A stretch of DNA of 64,000 nt from Carcharhinus longimanus (taxonomy: Eukaryota): positions 33,480,933-33,544,932 of the forward strand of contig JASCQW010000122.1 in assembly GCA_030264375.1 (NCBI GenBank), given 5' to 3'. The notes beneath the pieces were generated by a model. The model made no database searches. It was not told where the DNA came from and saw nothing but the letters and a program-made list of their open reading frames with translations. Positions within the stretch are counted from its first letter, which is position 1, and each line of letters opens with the position of its first letter. Position numbers and translations under genes: made by a program. Shown in pieces: positions 25,421 through 37,616 of this stretch.

Positions 25421-26134
25421 ACACATTGACATCGCTGTAGAGGAGTTATGTTTCATTTATACATAAAGAGGCAAATGAGGAATAAAGTGTTGATAATTGC
25501 ATTCAAATATAATGCCACTGGGTTCACATAAGGCATGACAGTAACAGTTTATAGATTAGCTGATAATGTCCTGAGATCTTCCTGCTACTCTTCCCACTGG
25601 GTAAGTTTTTTATGTTTCTTAGTTTGATGAGCACAGGCACACCAAAAACAGAGGGTGTTGGTAGGTAATGATGCCATTTCTATCCCTCCTGTAGGTGAAA
25701 TACTGCAAAAACAATATCCAAAAAAAACCACCTCTATTTTGCCTGATAGTATAATAACCCTAATCAATTCTTCTCTTTACAGTTTACATTTATTTTACTT
25801 TTCGTAAGTGAGGATTTTAAAGGAATACTTAAGGATGAGATCCTGCAATCTAATTGTCAGCATGCCCAGGACAATTGCCTCCTTGAAACCGGTGAGAAAT
25901 GATGAGCTGAATGCTGGGCCTCATGCCTGTCATTCAGTGAGATAATAGAAAGGAACTTCAGGAGGGTCTTGCGATTGGGAAGAGTTGAAACACAGGCCAG
26001 ATTTCCCCCTCCAGTTTCCTGAGTGAGCCCAGAGGAACACTCCTCTTTCCTGTAGTGAAAATTTACTTACGGCAAAACCTTGGTTACCATGAGCGTTCTC
26101 GTTTGTCCTCTTGGTGTAAGACTATGGAATTTAA

Positions 26135-27125
26135 TTTTTTTTAATATTCGTTCACAGGATGTAGGTGTTGCTGGTTAGACTTGTATTTATTGTCCATCCC
26201 TAATTGTCTTGATGAAGCGGTGGTGAGGTGCCTTCTTGAACTGCTGCTTTCTGGGTTGTGTAGGCACACCCACAGTGCTGTTAAGGAGGAGATTCCAGAA
26301 TTTTGACTCAGCAACAGTGAAGAAACAATGGTATATTTACAAGACAGGATGATGAATAGCTTGGAGGGGTACATCCAGGTGGTAGTGTTCCCATTGTGTC
26401 CGCTGCTCCTGCCCTTCTAAATGGTAGTGATTGTTGGTTTGGGAGATGCTGTCTAAGGTGCTGAGGTGAGTTTTTGCAAAGCATTTTGTTGATTTTACAT
26501 ACTTCTGCAGCTGTTTGTCAGTGGTTGAGGGAGTGATTGTGGAAGAAGTAACCATCAAGCAGATTGCTTTTCCTGGATGGTGTCAAGCTTCTCGAGTGTT
26601 GTAGGAGCTGCTCTCATCCAGGCAAGTGGAACATGTTCCACCATGCTCCTGACTTGTGCCTTGTAGCCTGTGGACAGGCTTTGGGAAGTCGAGGTGAGTA
26701 ACTTGCCGCAGGGATACTAACCACTGACCTGATCTAGTAATCCAGTTCAATTTCAGGTCAATAATAGCCCCAGGATAGTGGGGATTCAGTGATGCTAATG
26801 CCATTGTATGTCAAGGAGAGATGATTAGATTCTCTTTTGTTGGAGATGGTCACTGCTTAGCACTTGTCAGCCTAATCCTGGATATTATCCCAGTTTTGTA
26901 GCATTTGGACATGGGCTGCTTCAATATCTGAGGAATCACAAAAGTGCTGAACATTGTACAAGTCATCAGTGAACATCCTCACTTCTGACCTTATGATGGA
27001 AGGAAGGTAATTGGCGAAGCAGTTGATGATGGCGAGGGCCGAAGACCCTATCTTGAGGAACTCCTGCAGTGATGCCCTGGAGCTGAGTTGATTGACCTTC
27101 AACAACCACATCCATCTTTCTTTGT
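26135..27125 (-). mobile_element. CR1/L2-group LINE 3' portion (RT C-terminus and 3' UTR)
   Basis: The minus strand gives LPSIIRSEVRMFTDD (FADD motif). The 3' tail with A-run is at the left end. Same family as 43460-44920. Confidence 0.85.
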
Positions 27126-29819
27126 CAACGTCTATTATAACTATATGCTAGGGTCCTCTGGAGGAACTGAGATGGATCTTCCGTTGGGCACTTTTGGCTG
27201 AAGTTGTTGCAACGACACAGTGGATGCAAGAAAAGACACTGATGTACAGTAAATCATGTTTGCAACAAAATTTCCTGCAAAATTCATTAGCATAAGCTAT
27301 GAAATAGAAAGCAGTGTGTGCCAGGAGTAATCAGCATAACAACGAAAGCCTGAGAAATATACAGAACGTACATTATGCTTTTGTTTTTCAGTCTGTTTTT
27401 TTAATGAAAATCCAAGTTTTTTATGCATACAAGACACAGCACGTTTAGGAAAAAAAAAACCATGGAAGCTTTTCAAATTTTAATGCAACACTTTCTGACA
27501 TGAAGCACACAAATAAATAGAAAACAACACAGGGCAGATCTCTTAAAAATAATATTTAATTGTTATAAAAAATTGATTACTTGCCTCTACCTGATTCTTT
27601 GATACATGTTCCATTGAGTAAAACTTTGAATGAGGATTGGAGCTTCAAAATGGTCCACTCTCACCTACCTATACACGTTTGGGTGACATGGTAACAAGTG
27701 GTATGATTGCATTTTGGAGAGTTTGCAAATAACTTACAGACAGAAGAGAACCAGTCAAACTGCACTGATTTCCTCTTAGCACCTGTCCTGGAACAGAAGG
27801 TGATTTGACTTAGTTTTTAAAGAATAGGTGGTGGCGCGTTTTCCCAATCCCTTGGTTTTTTTATGATCCAATTTTACTGGCAGTCCACAGCAAACCTGAA
27901 TTAGGGTTAACTCAGGAGATTAGTTTATTTTACACATTCAAAGCCTGGAAAAAGGCCTGTTCACAATGTCCCATTCTGTGTGTGCCTACACAGTAAAGGG
28001 GGAGGAATAGAGAAGGAGTTTTGAGAATACAAGGGCACCAGAAAAATGAATATTTGCTCATGTGAGCTTCAAGAGTCCAGTGAGGACTTTTTTTTTCATG
28101 CTGACATTTGGGTTCAACAGGGGGCTTGTAGTATTCACTTTCGGTTGGTGCTGAGCCCACAAGATGAAGTAAGTACACAGAGCTTGAGTTGTTTCAATAG
28201 TTGATGGTACGATATCTTCTAGCAGAGTCAGGCTAGATGGTCATATTGTTATTGAGCCTGAAGGAGCTGCTTCTTGGATCACTAGTTCAGAGGTAAAACA
28301 GCAGACTGACTGACAGGTCTAAAGCTTCAATGTTAATACTATCCAAAAGACCAGGTGCTTGTATCATGTGATGTAGTCTATTAATGGTTAATTGCTGTTT
28401 AGCAATCAGTGTCTGGGCTTCTGGCCAGGATTCCATTATCTCTCCTTCGGGGAGAGACAAGATGGTTACCACCATCTCTTCCAGTATAACAAGTTTCGAT
28501 TTTTCTCTTTTGTGGCAGTTCAGCATTAGGGGACCTGGTTATCTGCATATCCTCTGCTTTCTTTGATTGCAAGGGGTTTGTACAATGAAGTCTGAAATTC
28601 CAGCAGCTGAAAAAATAATTATTATTTTGTTCTTGAGGATAGCTCCCAGGCAGAGGGCCAACACTGTGATCAGGTGACTTGTAGCAGCCATCTTAATTTC
28701 CTTGGCTCAGCAGAAAAAGTCCAGTTTTAAAAAATAAAGCAATATGGATAATATTTTGAAAATAGTGTTGATTGTCTTTTCATGTTGCAGGAACCCAACA
28801 TAACTAATAGATAACCCTCTGTGATGAAAAGCGCAAAACACTTAATGTCATTGTCTTCTAGTTGAGGAAGCAGAATGTGAAGGGCAACAAGGCAACCATA
28901 ATCCAAGAAACACTATTCTAACATAAGTCAGGCTCCTATTCTCTGCTCCAGTTTCCCCTAAATGACCACTGCCATCAATGTTAAACCATTAGGAAGCAGT
29001 GAAACCTGACTCGAACTAGTGCCTCAAATGTATATTAACATTTTGTTTTTATTTTTTCTTCTGCAGCAAACTTTTTAAATCCAGTGAAGTTTATTAAACA
29101 TTTGCAATATACATCTGCATTGACATATCCCAGTTGTTTTCCATCTTTTGTTTTATCTGGAACTGAGAGTGACAGTGCAGCAAGTGGTTTATAATTTCTA
29201 GGATATGCAGCAGAGTGCATTGTCTGAATTTGTTGCATGAACAAGAAAGGCGGATGGTTGAATTGACTCCATAGAACTCTGAGGGCCCTTAACATCAAAC
29301 AGCCACATGACCATTTCTATCGCTTCAGGATTGGCCAGCTGCAAATGACTGAAGGCATACAGTATCAGTCATTGAGAGATGGTCATTGAGTGCATTTTCT
29401 TCTTTGGCACAATTTCGGGACAGTAAGAAGTCTCATAACACCAGGTTGCACATCTCAATCTCAGGAGGCAGACAACATAAACAAAGTCCTGAATTTTTAT
29501 GGTCAGGGGTTTTCCATGCCGTGACAAGGGATTTCACAAGACTCCTTACCATTACTGTGGCCAGAGTGTCACGGAAACCATGTAAATACAGGAGCCATGA
29601 TATGTGAACCTTGCCACCAAGCTTTAGCTGTAGGCATTCAGCAGCAAGGTAGCTGACAGTTTTTTCTTGATGTGCAGCGCATCATATGTTGTGTAGAAGT
29701 AGTAATTTGAGCTGCGTCATATTATACAGTGCACCAATATAAAAATATCTCTCAGCCAGCATATAGATACTGTATGCCAAACCTGAAATCCTCCACATTA
29801 ATGGCACATATTGATCTTT

Positions 29820-30188
29820 GGGGCGGCACAGTGGTTAGCACTGCTGCCTCACAGCTCCAAGGACCCACATTCAATTCCAGCCTTGAGTGACTTTCTGTGT
29901 GGAATTTGCTCATTTACCCTGTGCCTGTGTGGGTTTCCTCCGAGTGTTCAGGTTTCCTCCCACAGTCCAAAAATGTTGAGGTTAGGTGGATTGGCCATGC
30001 TAAATTGATGCTTAGTGTCCAAACATCTGTAGTTAGGGTGAATTATCTATAGTAACTGTGTGGGGCTACAGAGATAGGCAAAGTGAGGGTTTAGGTAAGA
30101 TACCCTGTCAGAGAGTTGGTGTAGACACAATGAGCCAAATGATGTCTACTGTACTATAGGGATTTTATGATTCTTCTATGATGCTTAT
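29820..30188 (+). mobile_element. HE1-type V-SINE (elasmobranch), near full length
   Basis: tRNA head ggggcggcacagtggttagcactgctgcctcacagc; V-domain gtgggtttcctccgagtgttcaggtttcctcccacagtccaaa...ggattggccatgctaaattg; CR1-derived tail ending in ttctatga-like repeats. Confidence 0.9.
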
Positions 30189-30605
30189 GTCCTTAAACAG
30201 TTGAACTTGGAGCTGTTCCACCAAAAGAGCAAATTGGATGGATGGGTATTGGGGGTAACCATATTTTTCAAGGAGAGAAGTATTACACTGAGGCTCATTG
30301 CAAAATCAAGTGTTCACTGAATAATAACTCTACTGGATTGAATTTGGTGAGATGAGCATTGTGGAGGTGAAGTGGAAGCATGTGTTGCTATAGCTGCCAA
30401 TAAATGTCAGATTTCAGCTGAGCAGCAAGCCCACAGGTTCTCACATAGTATTGTCTGTAAATGTGCCCCCTTAATGTGTTTTTCTGGCATTTTGAATTCA
30501 TACTCCATTTCTCAGAGCCGCTTCAGTACTACTTCCTTTAATTTCATCAATTGATGATTCCAACACTTCTGAGGGTCAACAACCAGCCTGCTGGAAAGCA
30601 AATTG

Positions 30606-31148
30606 CGTGGAGGCCGCGGAAAGTCTGCAGAGAGATTTGGGTAGGCTAAGTGAGCAGGCGAGGATCTGGCAGATGGAGTATAACGTTGGCAAGTGTAAGA
30701 TTATCCACTTTGGAAGGAATAATAGTAAAATGGACTATTATTTAAATGGTGAAAATTACATCATTTCACTGTGTAGAGGGACCTGGGAGTCCTTCTGCAT
30801 GAATCGCAAAAACTCAGTTTGCAGGTGCAGCAAGTGATCAAGAAGGCAAATGGAATGTTGGCCTTTATCACGAGGGGGATAGAATATAAAAGCAGGGAGG
30901 TCTTGCTGCAACTGTACAAGGCACTNNNNNNNNNNNNNNNNNNNNNNNNNNNNNNNNNNNNNNNNNNNNNNNNNNNNNNNNNNNNNNNNNNNNNNNNNNN
31001 NNNNNNNNNNNNNNNNNNNNNNNNNTGGGGAGCAGGTGGGTAAGTGGAACTGAACCACTATCAGATCAGCCATGATCTTATTGAATGGCGGGGCAGGCTC
31101 GAGGAGCTAGATGGCTTACTCCTGCTCCTATTTCTTATGTTCTTATGC
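30606..31148 (+). mobile_element. CR1 LINE 3' fragment (contains a gap)
   Basis: AESLQRDLGRLSEQARIWQMEYNVGKCKIIHFGRNN and QVQQVIKKANGMLAFITRGIEYKSREVLLQLYKAL; tail ttcttatgttcttatg. Confidence 0.92.
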
Positions 31149-31399
31149 TGTTTTATTGTTATTTTTGTTACATGATTAGTTCAAGACAAGCTCTTTACTA
31201 CTAACTGGTGGAGAACCCAGATCCAAAATGAGCCCCAAATGGCTGTCATCAACATTGAAGTTGGCCATGCCTCCTAAAATGGAGGACAGAGTCTAAAGAG
31301 AAGCAGAAGGAAGCATGTATAAACATGTATAAAACATGTTTTTAAATTTGTTTTAGTCTTTTTAGTGGAATCAACTGCTGGATGAGTCAAGAATGGAAG

Positions 31400-31645
31400 T
31401 TATTCAAAGCATTGACAAAAGATCTGGATGTGAGGTTTTTTTCTCTGTGCAGGACTGTTGGATTCTGGAACTTTGTACCTGAAAAAAAGTGGTGGAAGTT
31501 GATTACAAGGGAGTTGGACAGGGATGAAAAATTTGCAGGGCAATAGAGGAAAGATTGGGATGTGAGCGCAGGGGTGGCTGCTCTTTCAAAAAGCCATTGT
31601 CGGCAGGATGGACTGACTGTGCTATAAATTTCTGTGATTCTGTAA
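31400..31645 (+). mobile_element. Decayed CR1 3' end
   Basis: tgtgaggttttttt...ggattctggaac...gtggtggaagttgatt...ttctgtgattct tail. Confidence 0.55.
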
Positions 31646-33749
31646 CTACATTTCTCTTGTCTTTTGACTAAAGTTGATTGAGTAATGGCAGCCTTTCAAA
31701 ACATAAATTTTGAAAAACGATCAAGAATATCTAACGATGACCTTCTGAAAGGTTTGTAAAAGGAGTTAGGGAGAGCGGTAACATTGTCTCGACTATGAAA
31801 TAGGAGAGAAAACTCAAAGGCCAGATTTTTGGTTCACTTTTAGATGTTAGCATATTTACTGCAATAGTAACAAAGTTTCATAAAAGTGAGACAAAAATTT
31901 GTATTCAAATATGCTCGAAATACAGGCTCATATCTTGCTGAATTGAGAACAGTGGCACTATTATGCATGCTGCTATTATAGAGATCTGACAGCAACTTCT
32001 GCTCTTTACGCACACACAGATAAAATGGAAATTCAGGCGTTACAATCAGAATAATCTGCTCCTTCACATCGTGTGCTGTTGCACATCTTGCCAAAAGAAT
32101 CAGTATGGAACTCACTATAATAGCATGAACTTGGGGCACTTTCCCATTAGCTTTCACCCTAACAATGACCAAAAAAGTTATGGCTAGATCGTTTTAGGAG
32201 TGAATTTTTGACAGCATAATCATTTTTGTTTAACAGTTCAGACGCTGAAAAAATATTTTAAAAAGGTATTATTGCAGATTTGAAATAAAACTTGTTTTGT
32301 GTTTTTTCTCTTTTAGTCTTCCAATTCCTTCTGTATCCTCCAAGCTTTATTTCAGTACTTTCACTGTACATGATTTGAACGTAATTTATTTTTCCTGTTT
32401 TTTTTCCACTCACTGTCTCATTCTGTAACTTGGTTTTGGATAGTTCAATCTGAAGTTGAAGAGGCTCCCTGTTAGCTGCTCTGTTCAACACCATGGATGC
32501 TCTGCAAAGGGAAATTCACTGAAACAATGCCAAATTAGTAGAACCATTCCCTGACAAGCTTGTAGGCAACTCTATATAAGGTGAATGGCATAAGCCCTTC
32601 CTTCATTACTGCAAACAAAATCCAGGCCATTGTCTTCCTACTCTGTGATGCTCATCATTAAAGTTTTATGGATAAATCCCTTCTACTTGAAAGTTATTTA
32701 TTGTTTGATCATCATACTAATGCAGCATTGTTGACTTGACAACGATCATTAATACCATTGACGAGTGAGCACTCTTAAATATTAAAATATACTTGAGAAT
32801 AAGTAGCTAAGTAAATCTATATGTGTAGAAATTCTCCTGTTGACTAATGACAGCTTTATAAATCATCTCTGTCATGACACTATTGATGAATCAGGAGCTC
32901 CATCTTCAGAAGTGAATTGACAGTGTCAACCTGCAGAAAGACACTTAGGACATGTATTCTGGGCAAAGCAGTGTTCCGTTTCCACGGTGACTCTTAACTA
33001 CCAAATCATCAGCGCTAGATCTTGATATTCAAGAAAATCTGAAGAAACATTTATTACAGTTTCAAGTGCATAACTTTCTTTTTTCCCCCTGTGATTGCTT
33101 TGTAAAGTCAATTTATGAGTGAGGATATAGGCACAATTTATAACCATTCTGTAATGGTGCATAGAGGTACTTCTGTGTTGAAAGTAGTTTTTGCAATTGG
33201 TTAATGGGCTACAATTTCCCAGCTGACTCAATTTATTGCATTTACCTAAGTAACTTGGCAGGGCTAGAACAGTCAGACTGCAGTAGCTCAGTATCTCCCT
33301 GTGTTCCTTTATGCCCAGGACCTGCTGCAACTGCCACACGTTTGTACAAACAAAGCAGAGTGCAAAATGAAAATGGAGAAAATATAATGAGCTAATTGTA
33401 CTATAAACAATGGTATATAAAAGGATAAGTAATTAGGATATTTAAAGAGCACTTTCTTTGCTTGGCAGATAAATGGTGGGTTTTTTTTGGGAGCAGTTGA
33501 CCACCGCAGGAATTCAAAAATGAACAGTTCATTGTGGAAGTCTGTAACTTTTCGATGTGTGTGGAAATTAGACTGATTGCGTGTCTGAGGCATGATTCAC
33601 GAGTAGAACGTCCTGGCAACATGCGTGGATTTCTATTTTTGTTTCAACTCATATGCATAAAATTACAAAGTCTAAATTATCATTTACATTGGATAAGAAG
33701 ACTTATGAGATCTCTAATTTATTGACTATGTTATAAAATAAAAGTCATG

Positions 33750-33858
33750 ATGTGGAGGTGCCAGTGTTGGACTGGGGTAAACACAGTAAGAAGTCTGACA
33801 ACTCCAGGTTTAACTTAAGTCGGTTGGATTTAAACCTGGTATTGTCAGACTTCTTACT
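33750..33858 (-). mobile_element. Penelope-like terminal repeat fragment forming a hairpin
   Basis: Reverse complement of the 7457-7525 terminus; 29-nt arms 33785-33813 and 33830-33858 with 2 mismatches. Confidence 0.7.
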
Positions 33859-34257
33859 ACATAAAATATAAGAGCAGAAAAGCTATGTAAAACAATATTT
33901 TAGCAGTGACTTGACCAGCGCAACTTCAACTGCATTTTGGGCACAATGTCCAAAAGTGAAAATTCTATTCCGAGATGTGTAGGGGGCGAATATCGGTACC
34001 TATATTGCAGTTAAATTATTAGTAAGCCAAAGTAATGTAAAGCATTCAATGTACTCAAAAAAGAAAATTATGGCACAGAAGAAGGCCATTCTTGTACATG
34101 CTGGTTATCCAAAAGGTAATCAAGCCTAATCCCTCTTTTTGGCCCTTGGTGCATAATTCTATGCATATGAACGTACAAATTAGGGGCAGGAATGGGGCCA
34201 CTCGGTTCTTCAAGCCTGCTGCGCCATGTAACAAGATCAAGGCTGACCTTGTTACAC

Positions 34258-35225
34258 CTTGTGCTGGGACCACAACTTTTCACAATATACATTAACAATT
34301 CGGAAGAAGGAAGTGAAGGCACTGTCACTAAGTTTGCAGATGATACAAAGATATGTAGAGGNNNNNNNNNNNNNNNNNNNNNNNNNNNNNNNNNNNNNNN
34401 NNNNNNNNNNNNNNNNNNNNNNNNNNNNNNNNNNNNNNNNNNNNNNNNNNNNNNNNNNNNNNNNNNNNNNNNNNNNNNNNNNNNNNNNNNNNNNNNNNNN
34501 NNNNNNNNNNNNNNNNNNNNNNNNNNNNNNNNNNNNNNNNNNNNNNNNNNNNNNNNNNNNNNNNNNNNNNNNNNNNNNNNNNNNNNNNNNNNNNNNNNNN
34601 NNNNNNNNNNNNNNNNNNNNNNNNNNNNNNNNNNNNNNNNNNNNNNNNNNNNNNNNNNNNNNNNNNNNNNNNNNNNNNNNNNNNNNNNNNNNNNNNNNNN
34701 NNNNNNNNNNNNNNNNNNNNNNNNNNNNNNNNNNNNNNNNNNNNNNNNNNNNNNNNNNNNNNNNNNNNNNNNNNNNNNNNNNNNNNNNNNNNNNNNNNNN
34801 NNNNNNNNNNNNNNNNNNNNNNNNNNNNNNNNNNNNNNNNNNNNNNNNNNNNNNNNNNNNNNNNNNNNNNNNNNNNNNNNNNNNNNNNNNNNNNNNNNNN
34901 NNNNNNNNNNNNNNNNNNNNNNNNNNNNNNNNNNNAGTAGGAAAAACTAGAATCAGAGGGCACAACCTCAGACTAAAGGGATGATCCTTTAAAACAGGGA
35001 TGAGGAGGAATTTCTTCAGCCAGAGAGTGGTGAATCTGTGGAACCCTTTGCCATAGAAGGCTTTGGAGACCAGTCATTGAGTATCTTTAAGAAAGAGATA
35101 GATAGGATTGGGGTTATGGGGAAAAGGCAGGAAAATGGGGATGAGAGAAATATCAGCTATGATTGAATGATGGAGTTGAGTTGATAGGCTGACTGGCCTA
35201 ATTCTGCTCTTATGTCTTGTGGTCA
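34258..35225 (+). mobile_element. CR1 LINE fragment (RT core to 3' tail, 575-N gap inside)
   Basis: VLGPQLFTIYINNSEEGSEGTVTKFADDTKI, then TRIRGHNLRLKG...RRNFFSQRVVNLWN and a CR1 3' UTR. Confidence 0.92.
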
Positions 35226-35274
35226 TATAGTCTGATTTTTACATTGCTGCCTTCAGTTGATGCCCTTTCACCCC

Positions 35275-35948
35275 ATTGAAGGTGGCAGGACAGGTGGTGA
35301 GGGCAGTTAATAAACCATTTGGTATCAGTTTAGTTAATGTTTTATTAATAGGGGCATTGAGTACCAGAGAATCGAGATTGTGCTGAACTTATACAAGATA
35401 CTAATTCCACATCGGCTGGAGTATTGCATACAGTTTTGGGTGCCATGCTATAGGAATGATGTGAACACATTGGAAAGAGTGCAAAGAGGTTTACAAGAAT
35501 GGTTCAAGGGATGAGAGACTTTAGTTATCAGGATAGATTGGAGAGGTGGACATTGTTTTCCTTGGAGAGAAGAAGGCTAAGAGGAGATTTGATAGAGATA
35601 TTCAAATTCATGGGGGCACTGGACAGAGCAGATATGGAAAAACAGTCTGTGTCACAAAAGGATCAAGAATTAAAGGGCACTGATTTAAAATGATTTACAG
35701 AAGAAACAAATGTGATGTGAGGAAAGAATTTTTCACACAAGTGGTTCAGGTCTGGAATACATTGCCTGGACGTATGGTGGAGGCAGATTCAAGAGGACAT
35801 TTGATGATTATTTGATTGGAAGCGCTGTGCATGGGTATGTGGACAAAGCTGCAGAACGGTACTAAAACAAAATGTTCATTTAGAGTGCTGATGTAGATAT
35901 GATGGGTCGAATAGCCTCCTTCTGTGTCGTAGCAATTCTGTGATTCTG
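35275..35948 (+). mobile_element. CR1 LINE 3' fragment (second subfamily)
   Basis: LEYCIQFWVPCYRNDVNTLERVQ..FTRMVQGMRDFSYQDRLERWTLFSLERRRLRGDLIEIFK; tail ttctgtgattct. Confidence 0.9.
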
Positions 35949-35949
35949 C

Positions 35950-36383
35950 TTATCTAGCTCTGCCTTAAATGTATTCAACCACTTTTTGGAGAAGAAAATT
36001 CCAAAGTCTCTCACTCCTCTGAGAGAAACATTTGTTCCTCATCTCTCCTAAATGGGTGACCCCTTATTTTGAAACAGTGACCCCGAATTCTAGATCCTGC
36101 CACAAATGTCCTTCCAAAACCCCTCAAGACCTTATATGTTTCAATCAGGTCACCTCTTACTCTTCTAAACTTCAGTAGATACAAGCCTAGCCTGGCCAGC
36201 CTTTCTTCATAAGATAACACACCAATTCCAGATATTGTAGTAAATATTTTCTAAACAGCTTCCAGTTTATTTATATCATTCCTTAAATAAGGAGACCAAT
36301 ACTGAATGCAGTACTCCAGATGTGGTCTCACCAATGCCCCTTGCATTCAATTCCCCTTGCAATAAACAATAACATTCTATTAG
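35950..36383 (-). mobile_element. CR1 LINE fragment
   Basis: The minus strand reads LSYEERLARLGLYLLKFRRVRGDLIETYKVLRG...SRIRGHCFKIRGHPF. Confidence 0.9.
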
Positions 36384-36389
36384 TTTGAG

Positions 36390-36904
36390 GCATTGGCATT
36401 AGAGGCAGTTCAGAGGATGTTCAGTAGATTAATTCCAGAGGTGTGGGGTTTGTCTTATGAAGAGAGATGAAGCAGTTTTGGCCTGTACTCTCTGAAAATT
36501 AGCAGAATCAGAACTAATCTAATTGAGGTATATAAGATGATAAATGGTATTGCCAAAGTAAACTTGGAGAGGATGCTTCCTCTTGTGGAGAAATGTAAAC
36601 ATGAGTTTTAGAACAAGATGTAGCGGATTCAGAACAGAAATGAGTAGAAACTACTTCTCTCAAAAGGTCATGCGTCTGTGGAATTCACTACCCCAGAGTG
36701 TGGAGGATGTAGGGGCATTGAGTAAATTTAAGGAAGAGATGGACAGATTTTTAATTAGTAAAGGGTCGAAGGATTATACAGAATGGGCAGGAAAGTGGAG
36801 TTGGGGGCCAAGATAAGATCAGCCATGATCGTTTTGAATGGCAGAGCAGGCTTGAGGGGCTGAATCGTCTACTCTTGCTCCTAGTTCTTATGTTCTATGT
36901 TCTA
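36390..36904 (+). mobile_element. CR1 LINE 3' fragment
   Basis: LEAVQRMFSRLIP...FRTEMSRNYFSQKVMRLWNSLPQSV; tail ttcttatgttctatgttct. Confidence 0.9.
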
Positions 36905-37518
36905 AAACATGCTGAGTTCACCTGAAAAGGCAAAGGCAAATCTCCTGATAGTTGACTGCAGAAGCCATTGCAGCTTCTAAACTAAACCTCAAGTTTTGAC
37001 CCCTTCACTTGGGGAAGAAGGCATTCTAGCAATGTGTCAGCAACAGTGCCTCACAGATACTAATTTGAAATCACATTAGTATTTTAAAATCTTCATTTGC
37101 TTTTTATTTTTGTATCTGTATTTTAGTTAATTTTTATCACTTTTACATAGATAACTTTCACCTTTTATCTTGTTTAAGACTAAAGCTTGTCTGCTGGGTT
37201 ATTTTCAAATTGGACAACGCAAGCTAAAAGGGGGTTTCGTACACAAATTCTTACCTGATGGACAATTATACGTGGTCATGACACAACCTGCAAATGGCAG
37301 AAAATAGTCGTTTTTGTTCTTTTTAATCTTTTCTGTGCAAGTTTAATGTCAGAATTAAAATATTTACTCATAATTTTTAGATTATAATTTCTCTTATTTT
37401 TAAAACTTTTTTTAGTCAACCGTTTATCTTCAGTTTTTAAACTTTGAAACGTTCTGTTCGATCATCTATAAGTCATGCTTCTAGTCAAGCCCAGCGTTTC
37501 CTATTTACATAAAATTTG

Positions 37519-37616
37519 AAGTTAAAGTTTATTTATTCGTGTCACAAGTAGGCTTAAATTAACACTACAATGAAGTTACTGTAAAAATCTCCTAGTCGCC
37601 ACACTCCGGCGCCTGT
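37519..37616 (-). mobile_element. SINE tail fragment of the family at 16027
   Basis: aagttaaagtttatttattcgtgtcacaagtaggc...ccggcgcctg is the reverse complement of the tail at about 16205-16303. Confidence 0.7.

Noticed and set aside
29820-29890. tRNA-like sequences here and at other SINE heads
   Set aside because: They continue directly into SINE bodies and do not form full cloverleafs, so they are not tRNA genes.
34192-34984. Longest ORFs in the track (211-252 aa), and similar ones at 55524-56061 and 63162-63624
   Set aside because: They are open only because they run through N-gaps; the flanks are repeat sequence.
35950-36904. Back-to-back opposite CR1 pieces as a twin-priming inversion of one element
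   Set aside because: Both pieces cover the same CR1 region and differ in sequence, so they are separate insertions.
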